Shown here: positions 42,111 to 54,280 of the stretch, one piece after another
How positions within the stretch are numbered: the first letter of the stretch is position 1
How the letters are laid out: each line of letters starts with the position of its first letter
Assembly: GCF_009914755.1 (NCBI RefSeq)
Contig: NC_060925.1
Strand: one strand, 5' to 3'
DNA: 64,000 nt
From: the human T2T-CHM13v2.0 reference genome, Homo sapiens
The notes under the pieces: model-generated
What the model saw: only the letters and a program-made list of their open reading frames with translations
What the model was told of the DNA's origin: nothing
The model's database searches: none
Made by a program: the position numbers and the translations under genes

Positions 42111-43405
42111 TGTATTAGTCCATTTTCATGCTACTGATAAGGTCATACTCAAGACTGGGCAATTTACAAAAGAAAAATGTTTAATTGGACTTACAGTTCC
42201 ATGTGGCCGGGGATGCCTCACAATCGTGGTGGAAAGCAAGGAAGAGCAAGTCACATCTTACATGGATGGCGGCAGGCAAAGAGAGAGAGAACTTGTGCAG
42301 ATAACTCTTCTTTTTAAAACCATCAGATCTTGTGAGACTTATTCACTATCATGAGAATAGCATGGGAAAGACTTGCCACCCTGATTGATTTACCTTCCAC
42401 CAGGTCCCTCACACAACAGGTGGGAATTCAAGATGAGATTTGGGAGGGGGACACAGCCAAATTATATCATTACACCAGTGGCCCCTGCCAAATCTCACGA
42501 CCTTGTCCTCACATTTCGAAGCCAATCATGCCTTCCCAACAATCCCCCAAAGTCTTAACACATTTCAGCATTAATTCAGAAGTTCCGAGTGCAAAGTCTT
42601 ATCCAAAACAAGGCAAGTCCCTTCTACCTATGAGCCTGTAAAATAAAAAGCAGATTAGTTACTTTCTAGATACAGTGGGGGTACAGGAATTGGGTAAATG
42701 CAGCCATTCAAAATTGGAGAAATGGGCCAAAACAAAGGGGCTACAGGCCCCATGCAGGTCCAAACTCCAGCAAGGCAGTCAAATCTTAAAGCTCCAAAAT
42801 GATCTTCTTTGATTCCCTGCTTCACATCTAGGTCATAGGTGGGTTCCCATGTCTTGGGCAGCTCTGTCCCTGTGGCTTTGCACAGTACAGCCTCCTTCCC
42901 CACTGCTTTCATGGGAAGGTATTGAATGTCTCTGGGTTTTCCAGGCATATGCTGCAAGCTGTTGGTGAATCTACCATTCTGGGGTCTGGAGTATGGTGGC
43001 CCTCTTCTCACAGCTCCCTTAGGTGGCACCCCAACAGGGACTCTCTGTGGGTCCTACATCCCTACATTTCTTTTCTGCACTGCCCTAGCGGAGGTTCTCC
43101 ATGAGGGCCCAGCCCCTTCAGCAAACTTCTTCTTGGACATCCAGGCATTTCCATACATCTTTTGAAATCTAGGCAGAGGTTCCCAAACCTCAATTCTTGA
43201 CTTCTCTGCACTAGCAGACTCAACACCATGTGGAAGCTGCCAAGGCTTTGGGCTTGTCCCACCTTAAACCATAGCCTGAGCTCTATGTTGGTCCCTTTCA
43301 GCCAAGGCTAGAGTGGCTGGGACACAAGGCACCAAGTCCCTAGGCTACACAACATAGGAGACCCCTGTGCCTGTCTCATGAAACCATTTTTCCCTTCTAG
43401 GCCTC
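42111..43405 (-). mobile_element. THE1A 3' LTR (42111-42469) plus 3' part of THE1-int
   Basis: tgtattagtccattttcatgct...ttatatca followed by int 3'-end complement ggcccctgccaaatctca. Confidence 0.9.
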
Positions 43406-44068
43406 ATTTTGGAGCTTTAAGATTTGACTGCCCTGATGGATTTTGGACTTGCATGGAGCCTGTGGCCCCTTTGTTTTGGCCAATTTCTCCTATTTGGAAT
43501 AGGTTTATTTACCCAATTCCTATATTCCCATTGTATCTAGGAAGTAACTAGTTTGCTTTTGATTTTACTGGCTCATAGGCAGAAGGGACTTGCCATGTCT
43601 CAGATGAGACTTTGGACTGTGGACTTTTGAGTTAATTCTGAAATAAGACTGGAGGACTGTTGGGAAGGAATGATTGGCTTTGAAATGTGAGGATGTGAAA
43701 TTTGGGAGGGGACAGTGCTGGAATGATATGGTTTGGCTGTGTTCTCACTCAAATCTCATCTTGAATTGCAGCTCCCATAATTCCCATGTGTTGTGGGAAG
43801 GGGTGAATCTTTCCCATGCTGTTCTCATGATAGTTAATAAGTCTCACAAGATCTGGTGGTTTTATGAAGAGGAGTTCCTTTGCACAAGCTCTCTTTTTTT
43901 TTGCCTGATGCTATCCATGTAAGAAGTAGCTTGCTCCTCCTTGCCTTCTGCATGATTGTGAGGCCTCCCCAACCATTTGGAACTGTAAAGTCTATTAAAA
44001 CTCTTTCTTTTGTAAGTTGCCCAGTCTTTGGTATGTCTTTATCAGCAGCATGAAAAGGAACTAATACA
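43404..44068 (+). mobile_element. 3' part of THE1-int plus THE1A 3' LTR (43724-44068)
   Basis: tcattttggagctttaagatttgactgcc...tttgggagggg...gaa then tgatatggtttggctgtg...ctaataca. Confidence 0.9.
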
Positions 44069-44640
44069 GTCATATACCAGTTAAATGCTGCCATTTTGCC
44101 TCTTAATGTGCATGCTTGAGTCCACTTGCCTAACTCCTGAGGTCTTATCAGGTAGCTACTAATCACCAGCTTCAGATTTATACTATCTATTAGAAGACTG
44201 CCTTTCCCTGGTGACACCTGTGACCAATTATTATTTTGAGAAACAGTGTAACAACCAACTGACCATCACTTAATGGTTTGTCTGACATTCTTGACTGGGG
44301 ATGGGGAAATACTTTTCCTGCTCTCTTTATGTCTAACTAGCTACCTACTGTAATATTTCCCCACTCAAGAGTCCAATACCACAATATTTGGGGGAAAGTG
44401 AATGAAAGTCAGGTTTCTGCAATTGCTTCCTGCTGATAGAGAAGTGGTGGTGGTGGTTCTGTGGGTCTTGGCCTCTTGCTAGCTGTCAGGGAAGAATTGG
44501 CTCCATGACTTGCTGAAAGTGGTATCCAGCCAGGTCCAAGGGAGACCATGACAAGATCTTGCCTTTCTCATGTCCCACAGTTGGGCAGTCTGAGGGTCCC
44601 CTGTAGAAAGCTGATTCTTAATATTTAGAGGACAGTATTC

Positions 44641-44715
44641 CTCAGTGAGGATCAATTGGAGCTTGATGGCTTCAAGACTAGAGGAGACAAATCAGGTTAT
44701 CAGATTTAGAAGAAT
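44641..44715 (-). pseudogene. ERV env TM cytoplasmic-tail relic
   Basis: Translates ILLNLIT*FVSSSLEAIKLQLILTE, similar to the HERV-W env tail FNLLVNFVSSRIEAVKLQM. Confidence 0.75.
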
Positions 44716-45694
44716 GTCAAAACAAAATAGGAGTGAGGAAAGCTTTAAAAAATCCCAAGGCTGCTGACATGCTCACATAGCTGGTGGTCACAGTAATGCC
44801 TGCTAAGACTCGGGCTTATGGTGTTCCTAGCCAAATTCAATATGTGCCCAGAATTAGAATTTTGATCCAGATTTTTACATTACCCATCCCTTTGTTTTTT
44901 ACTGAGCTGCAGCCAGAGATTACTTATTGGTTCACAGGAATAAACAGGGATAGTCTAAATTGCAGACAAAAACTCAAAACCACTGATGACACTAAAATCT
45001 AATGACAGGTATACCATAGTTCTTGAAAAATATTTTTATCTCTCTATTCTTGATTTTTGTTAAAAACAAATCATTATAGGACTGATTTGTTTGCAAAATA
45101 AACTTTAGTCTTATTATATTTGGCCTGATTATTGCATAAAGCACAGCAAGAATAATTACTTGTCAAATAGGCTCCCTTTTAAATTGGCTTTGATGGAACT
45201 TTGTTCCATAAGGAATCTCAGATAAGACTTTTTTAAGCCTTGAGCCTGTGAATGAGTTTGTGCCATCAAATATCTGTATGCATTGGGTAAATTTCTCTCC
45301 TCCTGAGGTTCCAAAATACCTTGGGGCTCCTGGGCCTGTCAGAAAGTAATATTTTTTACTTACCACAGTAAGGAACCTTGTACAGGATCTGTGTGGATAA
45401 GGTATGAGGCCAGTTCCCAATGGGCTTTTATTGGCTCTATAAGCCAAATTGGTTACCTTCAAGGAAAGCTTGCCATTCCAGTCAAAGCCTTGTTAAAATA
45501 ACCAGTTTCCCCAATCATTTCTTGTTGCAAAACAAAACAGATTCTTATTGTACTTATGCAAATAATTGTATTGACATAATTTAAGAATACTCACATATAG
45601 TTTCCAAATTTGGGGAAAAGCCAATAGAGAAAAATATGCTACAAATTTTGTTTATATATAGAAGTATACTTTACACAATTTTTAAAAGTTATAA

Positions 45695-45945
45695 AATCAC
45701 TTCCACACCTTTTCAACATGCATCAACACCTTCAAGGTCATATTTTAAGGCAGGGAAGTCCAAGCCTATTGTGACAGTTAGCTGAAAAACAGGCTTCTCA
45801 TCTACTACTACTTTTCATCTTTAAAGAATACGGGAAATGGGAATCTAAGAAAGAAGATAATCAGTTTGTTGCTAAAATGCTCTGAGCAAGAGTCATTATA
45901 AGGACCTGGAGAAAAGGACATAGGCCAACCCAAGCCTGCAGGTGC
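45695..45945 (-). repeat. Inverted local copy of 48342-48592
   Basis: 251 bp, about 8 substitutions by eye against the reverse complement of 48342-48592. Confidence 0.96.
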
Positions 45946-47550
45946 TAAAAAGTAAAGTTTTCCCAGCTTTTAATAACAAAGGATTAATGACATTCTAAAT
46001 AAAAAGTCATAAAAGGATTATTTTCATCTTCAATTAGTACAGTCCAGGCAGTTAACTACTGTTCTGCTTGATATTCATGAACATTTTAGCTCTCCATGAA
46101 AGTCCTGAAAGATTTTTTTCTCTATTCTAATGTCAGAATCTCTAAAGTTATCAGAAACCTGCATTTAAGAGCACCTGTTAGATTCCTATAGTGGATTAAA
46201 AAACCACCTTCTAAAACAATCTTTTAACCCTCTAAACCAGGCAAAAAAAATCCACAATCTCATGCCTTCTTATAGTTTTTTACTGAAAGCATATCATTCT
46301 AGTTTCCTTACATGCCTTGCATGTAAAACTATTGTTCCAGTAGTCCCACGTACATGTTACACTGTTAACTCTTAGCAACTATTATTTTAGTGAAAAGCCT
46401 GTAACTAAGTTATTTTAATTATGTACTATGTGTGGAGCCAAGACACCAGACAAAAGTGCAGATAAGATCTGACATATTCCAGCATAGCTAGAAGGCATGG
46501 ATAACTCTGTATGTCTCCAGGGTTTACCTAGCTTTAAAGCAGGGAAGTTGTACAGTTAAAATCATAATAACAGTTTATGAAGCATTTAGTAGGCTTAATA
46601 ACATTTAAAATTGTATAACATTTCTTTTATAAATTCCCTTTCATGAGTTTTTTTTACAACTTACACAGAGCAATTATGACATGCTTGGACTTTCTGACTT
46701 GTCCTAAACATCTTTCTTTTTAAACAATGAGTCATTTTACTTTAGGACAAGAATTTATCATACAAGATTCTTTTCTTATACAAAAAATCTTTTTTCTTTA
46801 TAACTTTCTGTCCCAGAAATACCTATACTTTACAACCTTTGAATTAGTCAAAAGTAATTTTCCTTGTTTACAAGTTATGGATTATACAACATATTGCTCT
46901 GTGACTCCTGTGAAAGAGGAGTAGATAAAGATGCTGTAGAAATACTGTACAAATTGTCTACGTACTATAGAAATTATCCCTTCTTAAGAGGTTGCTCTGT
47001 TAAATTTTTGCTGAAGCTTCTCTGGGTAAGTGTGGACTATTTCTAAACCCCTGAGGCAGGAGTGTCAAGGTTCAACTTATTGGTTAAAGTTTTAGGTAGC
47101 TTTTCCAGGAGAAATAGAGCTATTCAAGAAAAAGATGAATTTAAAGGTTGGGTAAATATTAAGCAAGCACCCATCTTGGAAAAGTATATTTTTGCACCAA
47201 GGAGGTGTGAATCTTTTCTTTTGGAGGGAGGAGGTGGCATTTTTCCCTATTACCCAACAGGATTTGTAGGAGAGTTGCTCAGAGAAGAAGATAAGCATAG
47301 AGTAGGCAGCTCCTGAACCCCAAAGGGAAATTTATAATTTTATTTGACACCTCCAAAGTTTCCCTTGTCCTGTTGATTATGATGTCTGATTTGGAAGCCA
47401 GCCAGAACAGAGAGCCCCTTCAACTCAAGAATAATAGACGTTGAGATTTTGTCCTGGGGGTTCTTTGGCACTCAGGGCAGTCTTGTTTCCAGTGGCCTAG
47501 CTTGTGGCAGAGGGGGTGAGCCATCCAGGGTTTTTCCCATTTACACCATT

Positions 47551-47598
47551 GGGGCAGTTTGCCTTCTAGTGGCCTGACTTCCCACACCAAAGGCAGTT
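47551..47598 (-). pseudogene. ERV gag nucleocapsid CCHC zinc-knuckle relic
   Basis: Translates NCLWCGKSGH*KANCP (CX2CX4HX4C); upstream KLQKSAMEP...FYN resembles gammaretroviral CA C-terminus. Confidence 0.8.
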
Positions 47599-47889
47599 AC
47601 CTGAGAGGGTATTCTCATGGCAACCTGAAGAGGGGGTTGGAGGGTTTATAAAACAGCCAATAATTGAGCCTGCCTCTTGTCCCAGCATTTCTCCTTTTTA
47701 TTACCTCTGTGCTCTGTCCTCCTTATTCTACTCTCAGTTATAAAACAACAACAACAACAACAACAAAAAACAGAAGACTAATATGAGGACCTCCTGTACA
47801 CTCCTGTACAGGGGCATTGGGTTCCATGGCTGACTTTTGTAATTTACTCTCAGTTTATTTTTATGTCAAACAGCTTTACAAAGGAAAGC

Positions 47890-47894
<5 letters not shown>

Positions 47895-47924
<30 letters not shown>
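47895..47924. repeat. (TG)15 microsatellite
   Basis: Directly visible. Confidence 0.95.
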
Positions 47925-47927
<3 letters not shown>

Positions 47928-49627
47928 AAGGTTTGGAAGATTCAAACTTTTTGGTTTTGAGGGGATGCATCCAAGTGGCATGTCCTGTGGCATGAAGACT
48001 TGTTTTTGCATATGCAAAGAGAGGACAGAGGAGAAAACATAAAAAGAAAAAAGAAGACATCACCTCTTACTTTTCTATTATCCTGAATAGGGCATTCCCC
48101 ATTTGTCCTTAGGGTTCTGGAATTAACCAGTCTTACTATGTACCCTTAACCTTGGTCTCATCTTGTCACAATTACCCACTTGGGATCAGAGGAGATAACA
48201 TAGTGAAGTGAGCCCCTGTTCATCCTTATGGTGCTGGAATGAACCAGTCTTACCGTGTACCCTTAACCTTGCGTTCATCTCTGTTATAATGGTAATATGT
48301 TAGCCTAAGATCAGCCATCTTCTCTGTCCTATGTATCTCTTGCACCTGAAGGCTTGGGTTGGCCTATGTCCTTTTCTCCAGGTCCTTATAGTGACTCTTG
48401 CTCAGAGCATTTTAGCAACAAACTGATTATCTTTTTTCTTAGATTCCCATTTCCCATGTTCTTTAAAGATGAAAAGTAGTAGTAGATGAGAAGCCTGTTT
48501 TTCAGCTAACTGTCACAATAGGCTTGGAATTCCCTCCCTTAAAATATGACCTTGAAGGTGTTGATGCATGTTGAGAAGGTGTGGAAGTGATTAGAGAAAT
48601 TCAGGCTGCGGGAGGAAGTGGGAGGAAGCTAGAGGAATACTCATGTAAAGCCTTCATATGCTCACAAAAACAGCAGCCCTGAGATTTAAGTGAGCATTCC
48701 TTTGCACTCTTGACATAGAATAGTAACCTCTATAGGATGTGGGGATAAAAAGTTGCAAATGGCAAAGAGAATTTCCCCTCCTCCAAATGTGGTATTAACT
48801 CAAAAAAGCAAGCAGGTGAGGTCCATAAAGGGCCACAGGGTGAGGCATTATGCAGGCAGAAAAACAGCTTCAAAAGCCTATGAAAATCTTAACCCTAGAG
48901 CATGATAAGGAAAAAAAAAAGTGTAGGTAAGTCATAAGAAGCTGGCAAAGTCAGGATTCCAGTTAGTGTCTGTCCTGGAAATGTGTCAGCAGATAGTGGG
49001 AGGGTTAGAGGTATCCAAGCTGGTAAGGTAAAAGCAAGTATAAATCTCAGAGGGTATCATCAAGACAGCCCGTGTCTTTGCAGCCCAGCAAATGCAGCAA
49101 GAGCCTGAATAACAGGTAGTGTATGTTTAACGAGTGTATGTTTAAGAAGTCATGTGGAATGCAAAGTGCAGCCAGAGAAGAGGCAGACTTACCCCTGAGG
49201 CAGACAATTTGGCAGGTATGCAAGGCCATTTCAGAACACATACAGAAAAAAACAGAATAATAGGCAGTGCAAGTTCTTGGGAAAGAGCTGATTTTAGTTG
49301 AAAAAGCAGAAGAAACCCCAGACATTGCAGGGTGTTAGGCTTTAGTCCTACCACCCTCATGAGTCTCCTGTCAGGAGGGCCATTAAATACCTCAGTTCTA
49401 CTAGGTGCAGACCCCAAGGTCCTTCCCACCCCCTATGAGCCACCTGTCAGGGTGAGCTGAAAGATCAGCCTGGGTGAGCAGAGCTACTTTTGGCCAAGAA
49501 GAATCTTTCTGAGAGTTGGTTAGTAAGCAGGAGAGTGAAAGGTGAGAAGAAAACCACATAAAGGGGTTTAATGCCTCTGGTCACAAAGAAGGTGAGATGT
49601 GGACATGTCTTACCACTTAGGGAACGT

Positions 49628-49693
49628 ATCAGAGTCATGTGGACCAAAGTGTGTTAGCAGTGGAACATATATGAGTCATGTGGCACCAAAGTA
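49628..49693 (-). other. Tandem tRNA-His-like primer binding sites
   Basis: Minus strand tggtgccacatgactcatat resembles the His PBS TGGTGCCGTGACTCGGAT; a second copy lies ~42 bp away. Confidence 0.65.
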
Positions 49694-50653
49694 TGTTACT
49701 GCTGGTGAATCCATATAGGGCTACAAGCAACCTCAGTTCTTGCCTCCTCAGAAGAAAGAACTTGGCTAAGGGGCATAAGGCAGAGGAGACCAAGGCAAGT
49801 TTTAGAGCAGAAGTGAAAGTTTATTACAAAGCTTTAGTGCCAGAATTAAAGAAAATAAAGTACACTTGGAAGAGGGCCAAACAGGTGACTTAAGAGATCA
49901 AGTGCATGGTATGATCTTCAACTTAGGATTTTAGAAGTTGGCATACTTCTGAGCCTTCTGTCCCTTCTTCCCTGATTCTTCTCTTGGGGTGAGCTGTCCA
50001 CATGCACAGAGGACTGCGAGCACCTGGGAGGGGAGCATGCAAGCATGCACAGTGTGTTTATTGGAGTTGTACGCATGCTTACTTGAGGCATTCTTCCCTT
50101 AGCAGTTGAATAGCCCTAGAAAGCCATATACCAGTCTGCCATTTTGCCTTTTTAATGTTCGTGCTTGGCCCTACTTGCCTAATTCTTGAAGTCTTATTGG
50201 GAAGCTGCTGATTACCACTTTCAGTTTTATTCTATCTATTGGGAGATTGCCTTTCCCTGGCACTGGCTGTGACTGATTATTATTTTGAGAAACAATGTAA
50301 CAACCACCTGATCATCACCTGATGGTCAGTTGACATTTCTGGTTGGGGGCTGGGGATCCCTTTCCTGCTCTACCCACTGTAACAATATCAGATGAAAAAT
50401 GTAGAAAGAATGAGCTCTTATGAATGTCCAAGAATGAGTAATTAAGCACAGAACCAGGGTAGAGTGTGAGAAACAGCAAAATGATAAAAGGAAAAAAAAA
50501 AGAGGTAAAGTCAGTATTAGCTAACAAAGGTAGAGCAGTGCAATTGTATAATTTTCACCTGGTTATGATTTCTAGACTTTGCCTGATTTATATAAGCTAA
50601 ATGAAAGAGTTCCTATGTGGTGACAATTTTAGATCTTCAGGGAATGTAACTTA

Positions 50654-51490
50654 TGTCAACAAAAGAGTCACATTCTGTAAAATATTTGAAGATATTTATT
50701 CTGAGATAAATGTAAGATCCATGACCCATGATATAGCCCCAGGAGACCCTGAGAACATGTGCCCAAGGTAGTTGGGTTACATTTTTTTTTAAACATTTTA
50801 GGGGGACAGAAGTTACAGGCAGAGACATAAATGAATGTATGTAAGATATACATTGGTTCATCCCATAAAGGCAGGACATCTCAAAGTAGTGATGTGGGGG
50901 GCTTCCACCTTATAGATGGATTTAAAGATTTCCTGAATTATAATTGGTTGAAAGGGTTAAACTCTACCTGAAGGAGTGAAGTTAGCAGAAAGAAATGTTT
51001 ATTGTTAAGATAAGGGGGCTTGTGGAAGCCAGGGGTCTTGTTGTGTAGATGAAGCCTCCAGGTAGCAGGCATTAGATAGAATAAATGATAAATGTCTCTT
51101 ATCAGACTCTAAAAGGTGCTCCAGACTCTTAATTAAATCTCTCCTGGACGAGGAAAAAACCAGGAAAACGAATCTGATTTTTCTACAGAATGTAGATTTT
51201 CCCTACAAGAGACAGCTTTGTGAGGCCATATCAAAATATGTCATAAAATATATCTTGGGTAAAATACTTCATTTTCTTTCAGGGCTTGGTCTCTGTCATA
51301 TGATGTTATACTAGAGGCAGGTTGGAATTTGATATCTTACTGCTACAAAGAGTTTGTTTTGTCTGTTATAAGATATCTTTTTTAATGTTAATGCTGGTTA
51401 GTTGTGTCTGAATTCCAAAGAGAGGAGAGTTTAATGAGACTTGTCTGACCCTCTCTTCTTATCATGGATTTAACTGGTTTTTTCATGTTT
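50654..51490 (-). mobile_element. MER4D-like LTR, truncated at its 5' end
   Basis: tgtcaacaaaagagtca...ccccaggagaccctgagaacatgtgcccaagg; collinear with 32533-33423 but lacking the last ~80 bp. Confidence 0.87.
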
Positions 51491-51597
51491 AACTTGTAAG
51501 TTAACTGTTTTTTTCAAGTTTAACTTACTATACCTGCTCCTGTTCTACCCATCCATTTCTTCTGGTTTATTTTCATTCCTTGGCCTGAACCATGTTA

Positions 51598-51850
51598 CAT
51601 TCATTGATTTACTTTAGAATTATTGGTTGAGCATCCACTCTTGCCAGACACTGTATTGTATACTTGAATATAGCTTTGAACACTATTCTTGGACCCTCTT
51701 GATAAAATTTAGTTGAACACACAGACAATAACTAATAAATACATGTGAACTTGAAAAAAGTTATGAGAGAAATAAAATGCTCTGTGAAGAAATAATACTG
51801 TTAGTTTAGGACATGGATTCCTAATTTAGGTAGATTTGGTAGGGAAACTG
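51598..51850 (-). mobile_element. L2 3' fragment
   Basis: cattcattg...ttgagcatccactcttgccagacactgt. Confidence 0.6.
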
Positions 51851-53228
51851 TATCTCTTGTCCATTCCCTCACTTTTCCACTCTTTCTAAATATCCTCCCT
51901 GATCAGGAGACTGGTATAAGGAAAGGCACGTAAAGAACACAAGTAAAGAAGAATAAAGAAGTTGGGAGAAACCAAGTTGGTCAAAGATGCTTGAAGTTGA
52001 GTAAGATAATAATACAGATGTAACCATTGACTGTGGTCACCTAGAGGTCATTAGGAGGTAAATCATTAATGTAAAACCCTAAATACATAAAAGTACCTTA
52101 GTCTACATCTGCACACTCTTTATGGTTTTAACTATTGCAATGGATGGAATGTTTATCATTCTTTTAAAAACTAATCTTGATAGAATCAAGTTTCTTCTTT
52201 TATCATCTCTTTTCTATTCAAGTGTGATCTTTAGCAAACAATTATGTTCCACTATTTTCTATCTTTAAAATTAAGTACACAGGTAAACAAAGCTATGATT
52301 CCAGTCTGGTATGGTGGCATAATATTATTTTGTATTTTGTATCCGCCCAGATATATTAGCAAAATAGTGCTTGTTTTCTTATTGAACCATGGGGGTAGGC
52401 CATCAACAGAGAATGAGGATTTGGTGAAGCTTTGGAAATTTTAAGAATGAGAAGGTAGAAAATAGAGTGGGATGGCAAAGATTTTACGAAGTAATAGTAT
52501 GATGGCTGGCAGAAAGATGATTACCTTGGGAAATGCTCAAATTTTCTCTTTTACTGAAATTTATGATACTCATGAAAGAAGGAAACAGAACTTTTCCCCT
52601 TTCCAGTATCTTTGCAAAGATATTGAAGACATGTGTGTGATTGTGTGTGTGTTTTCATGAGCTCTATTTTTCTCAGAAATCTGAGAAGTTAAGGTTTCCC
52701 TCTTTTTTTCAAAATCAAAAGAGAGAACAATAAAATTTACCCATCATATTCAACTAGTAATTAAAATAGAGTTGCCTAAAAAAATATGGTAAATTGGAGG
52801 CACAATTCCAAAGAAAATTCAGATAGGCCCAATTATATGCATAATAAGGAGGCATACTATTAAGTTATAATTAAAATTCACTATATGTATAAATTGGCTA
52901 AATAAATAAATATGTGAAAAGATTTCACCTTTACCCTATGTTCAGAATGAAGAACAGGCCTCATTGCTTCAATATGAAATAACCATTAATGATCAGGATT
53001 TAGACCATAAATTTCATTTTAAAAAATTTTACTGTTATCATCATATTGTTTTATTTTCTGGGTTCTTTCTTTCATTTGGCACTTGAAATGTAGATAATCT
53101 GGATTCTTCAGTAATGCAGTGTTGAACTTGATCCCAGTTGGCATTTTAAAATACTGATGACGTCAGACAGAAGGTAAGTACAAGAAGTGGGATTTTTAAA
53201 CTTGTTATTAAAATAAGAAAATACTGCC

Positions 53229-53659
53229 TGTCTGTCATATGACTTATTTACCGACTCTGTACCCTTCTCCAACAACTTTGGGTGCCAGAAAACTGACTGC
53301 TTCTTTGACCTTCCTTGATTTCTGTCTTTGTCTTTGTTCAGCCAATGAAAGGTCCTAGTATGAAATCTGAAAGTGGAAGGAGACAGTGGTCAAAAGAATG
53401 GGTTGGCTTTATTGAGCTTGCTGCATTCTTCTTCAGAACCTTTCCACCTACAGCTATTTTCTCCAGGTTTTGGTGATCATTCCCTCCAGTGGCCTTAAAG
53501 GCTTAGAATAATAGCTTCCTATTTTTACTAGGTCTAGAGCACTGCATTATACCTTACTAAACCCTGTATGTACTTTATAAATAACTCCACTATCAAAATC
53601 TCTTCAAATGACAAGATTGAGCATGATGTATGTTTCATTCCAAGATCCTGACTGATAGA
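53229..53659 (+). mobile_element. LTR33-like ERVL LTR
   Basis: gttcagccaatgaaagg...accctgtatgtactttataaataactcc...ctcttcaaat...cctgactgata. Confidence 0.65.
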
Positions 53660-53814
53660 AAAGGTTCTCATGAGACAACAGACATTTGAACTGGGAGGAA
53701 ATTAGATATAATAAAATGATATTACAGTTATGAGAACTTTGAGTCAGGCTTAGAATGGTGCATATATGGTGTGACTCTTAAGATTCAGTGAGAAATTATC
53801 TTGGTGACCTCAAG

Positions 53815-54280
53815 ATAATAGGACACCACAGCTTCTTGAGGAGATGGAGCCTAGAGGTCTACTAAATTATTTTCAGAAATTAAAAGTAAAGTCAATCCTA
53901 GGTCTGTGGTGAGAAAATTGAACAATGAGTCTTGAGCATCTTGTAATACCAGAAAGTAAGAAAGTGTTCAAGAAACAAAAAGATTAGGGCATGTCAAAGG
54001 GACACAAAGCTCCAACCTGAGAGAGCTCCCACAAGGACATGGTAGAACAATTTAGCAACAGAATACACAAATAACATACTATTGAATTATAATCCAAAGT
54101 AAAAAATTAATATTCATGAATACATATTAATATAAATAAAAGATTAAATCAATAAGAGAGTAGAAAGAAATCTTTGGAGAAAAATCCCACATAATATAGA
54201 CAGATACTCTTTTTTTTTCCCCAGGAAGTAGAGCTTAGTTTCCCTTCCTTCTCTTCAAAGTGGGCTACATTTCAGTATAT
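53815..54280 (+). mobile_element. L1MC/MD-type 3' fragment
   Basis: cttgagcatcttgtaataccagaaagtaagaaagtg...gggcatgtcaaagggacaca...attataatccaaagta. Confidence 0.75.

Larger units (their letters stand above)
40727..50384 (-). mobile_element. MER50/MER4-group non-autonomous ERV1 provirus with two LTRs
   Basis: 3' LTR 40727-44355 (interrupted) and 5' LTR 49694-50384; ATAT TSD (40723-26, 50385-88); polypurine tract complement tttccccactcaag at 44356; His-like PBS next to the 5' LTR. Confidence 0.9.

Noticed and set aside
44641-44715. Syncytin-like gene
   Set aside because: Only a ~25-codon tail relic with an in-frame stop; the rest of env is not seen
48115-48272. ~36-bp direct repeats in the proviral leader as a further templated insertion or CRISPR-like unit
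   Set aside because: Only two diverged copies within a ~120-bp periodic leader; most likely intrinsic to the ERV consensus
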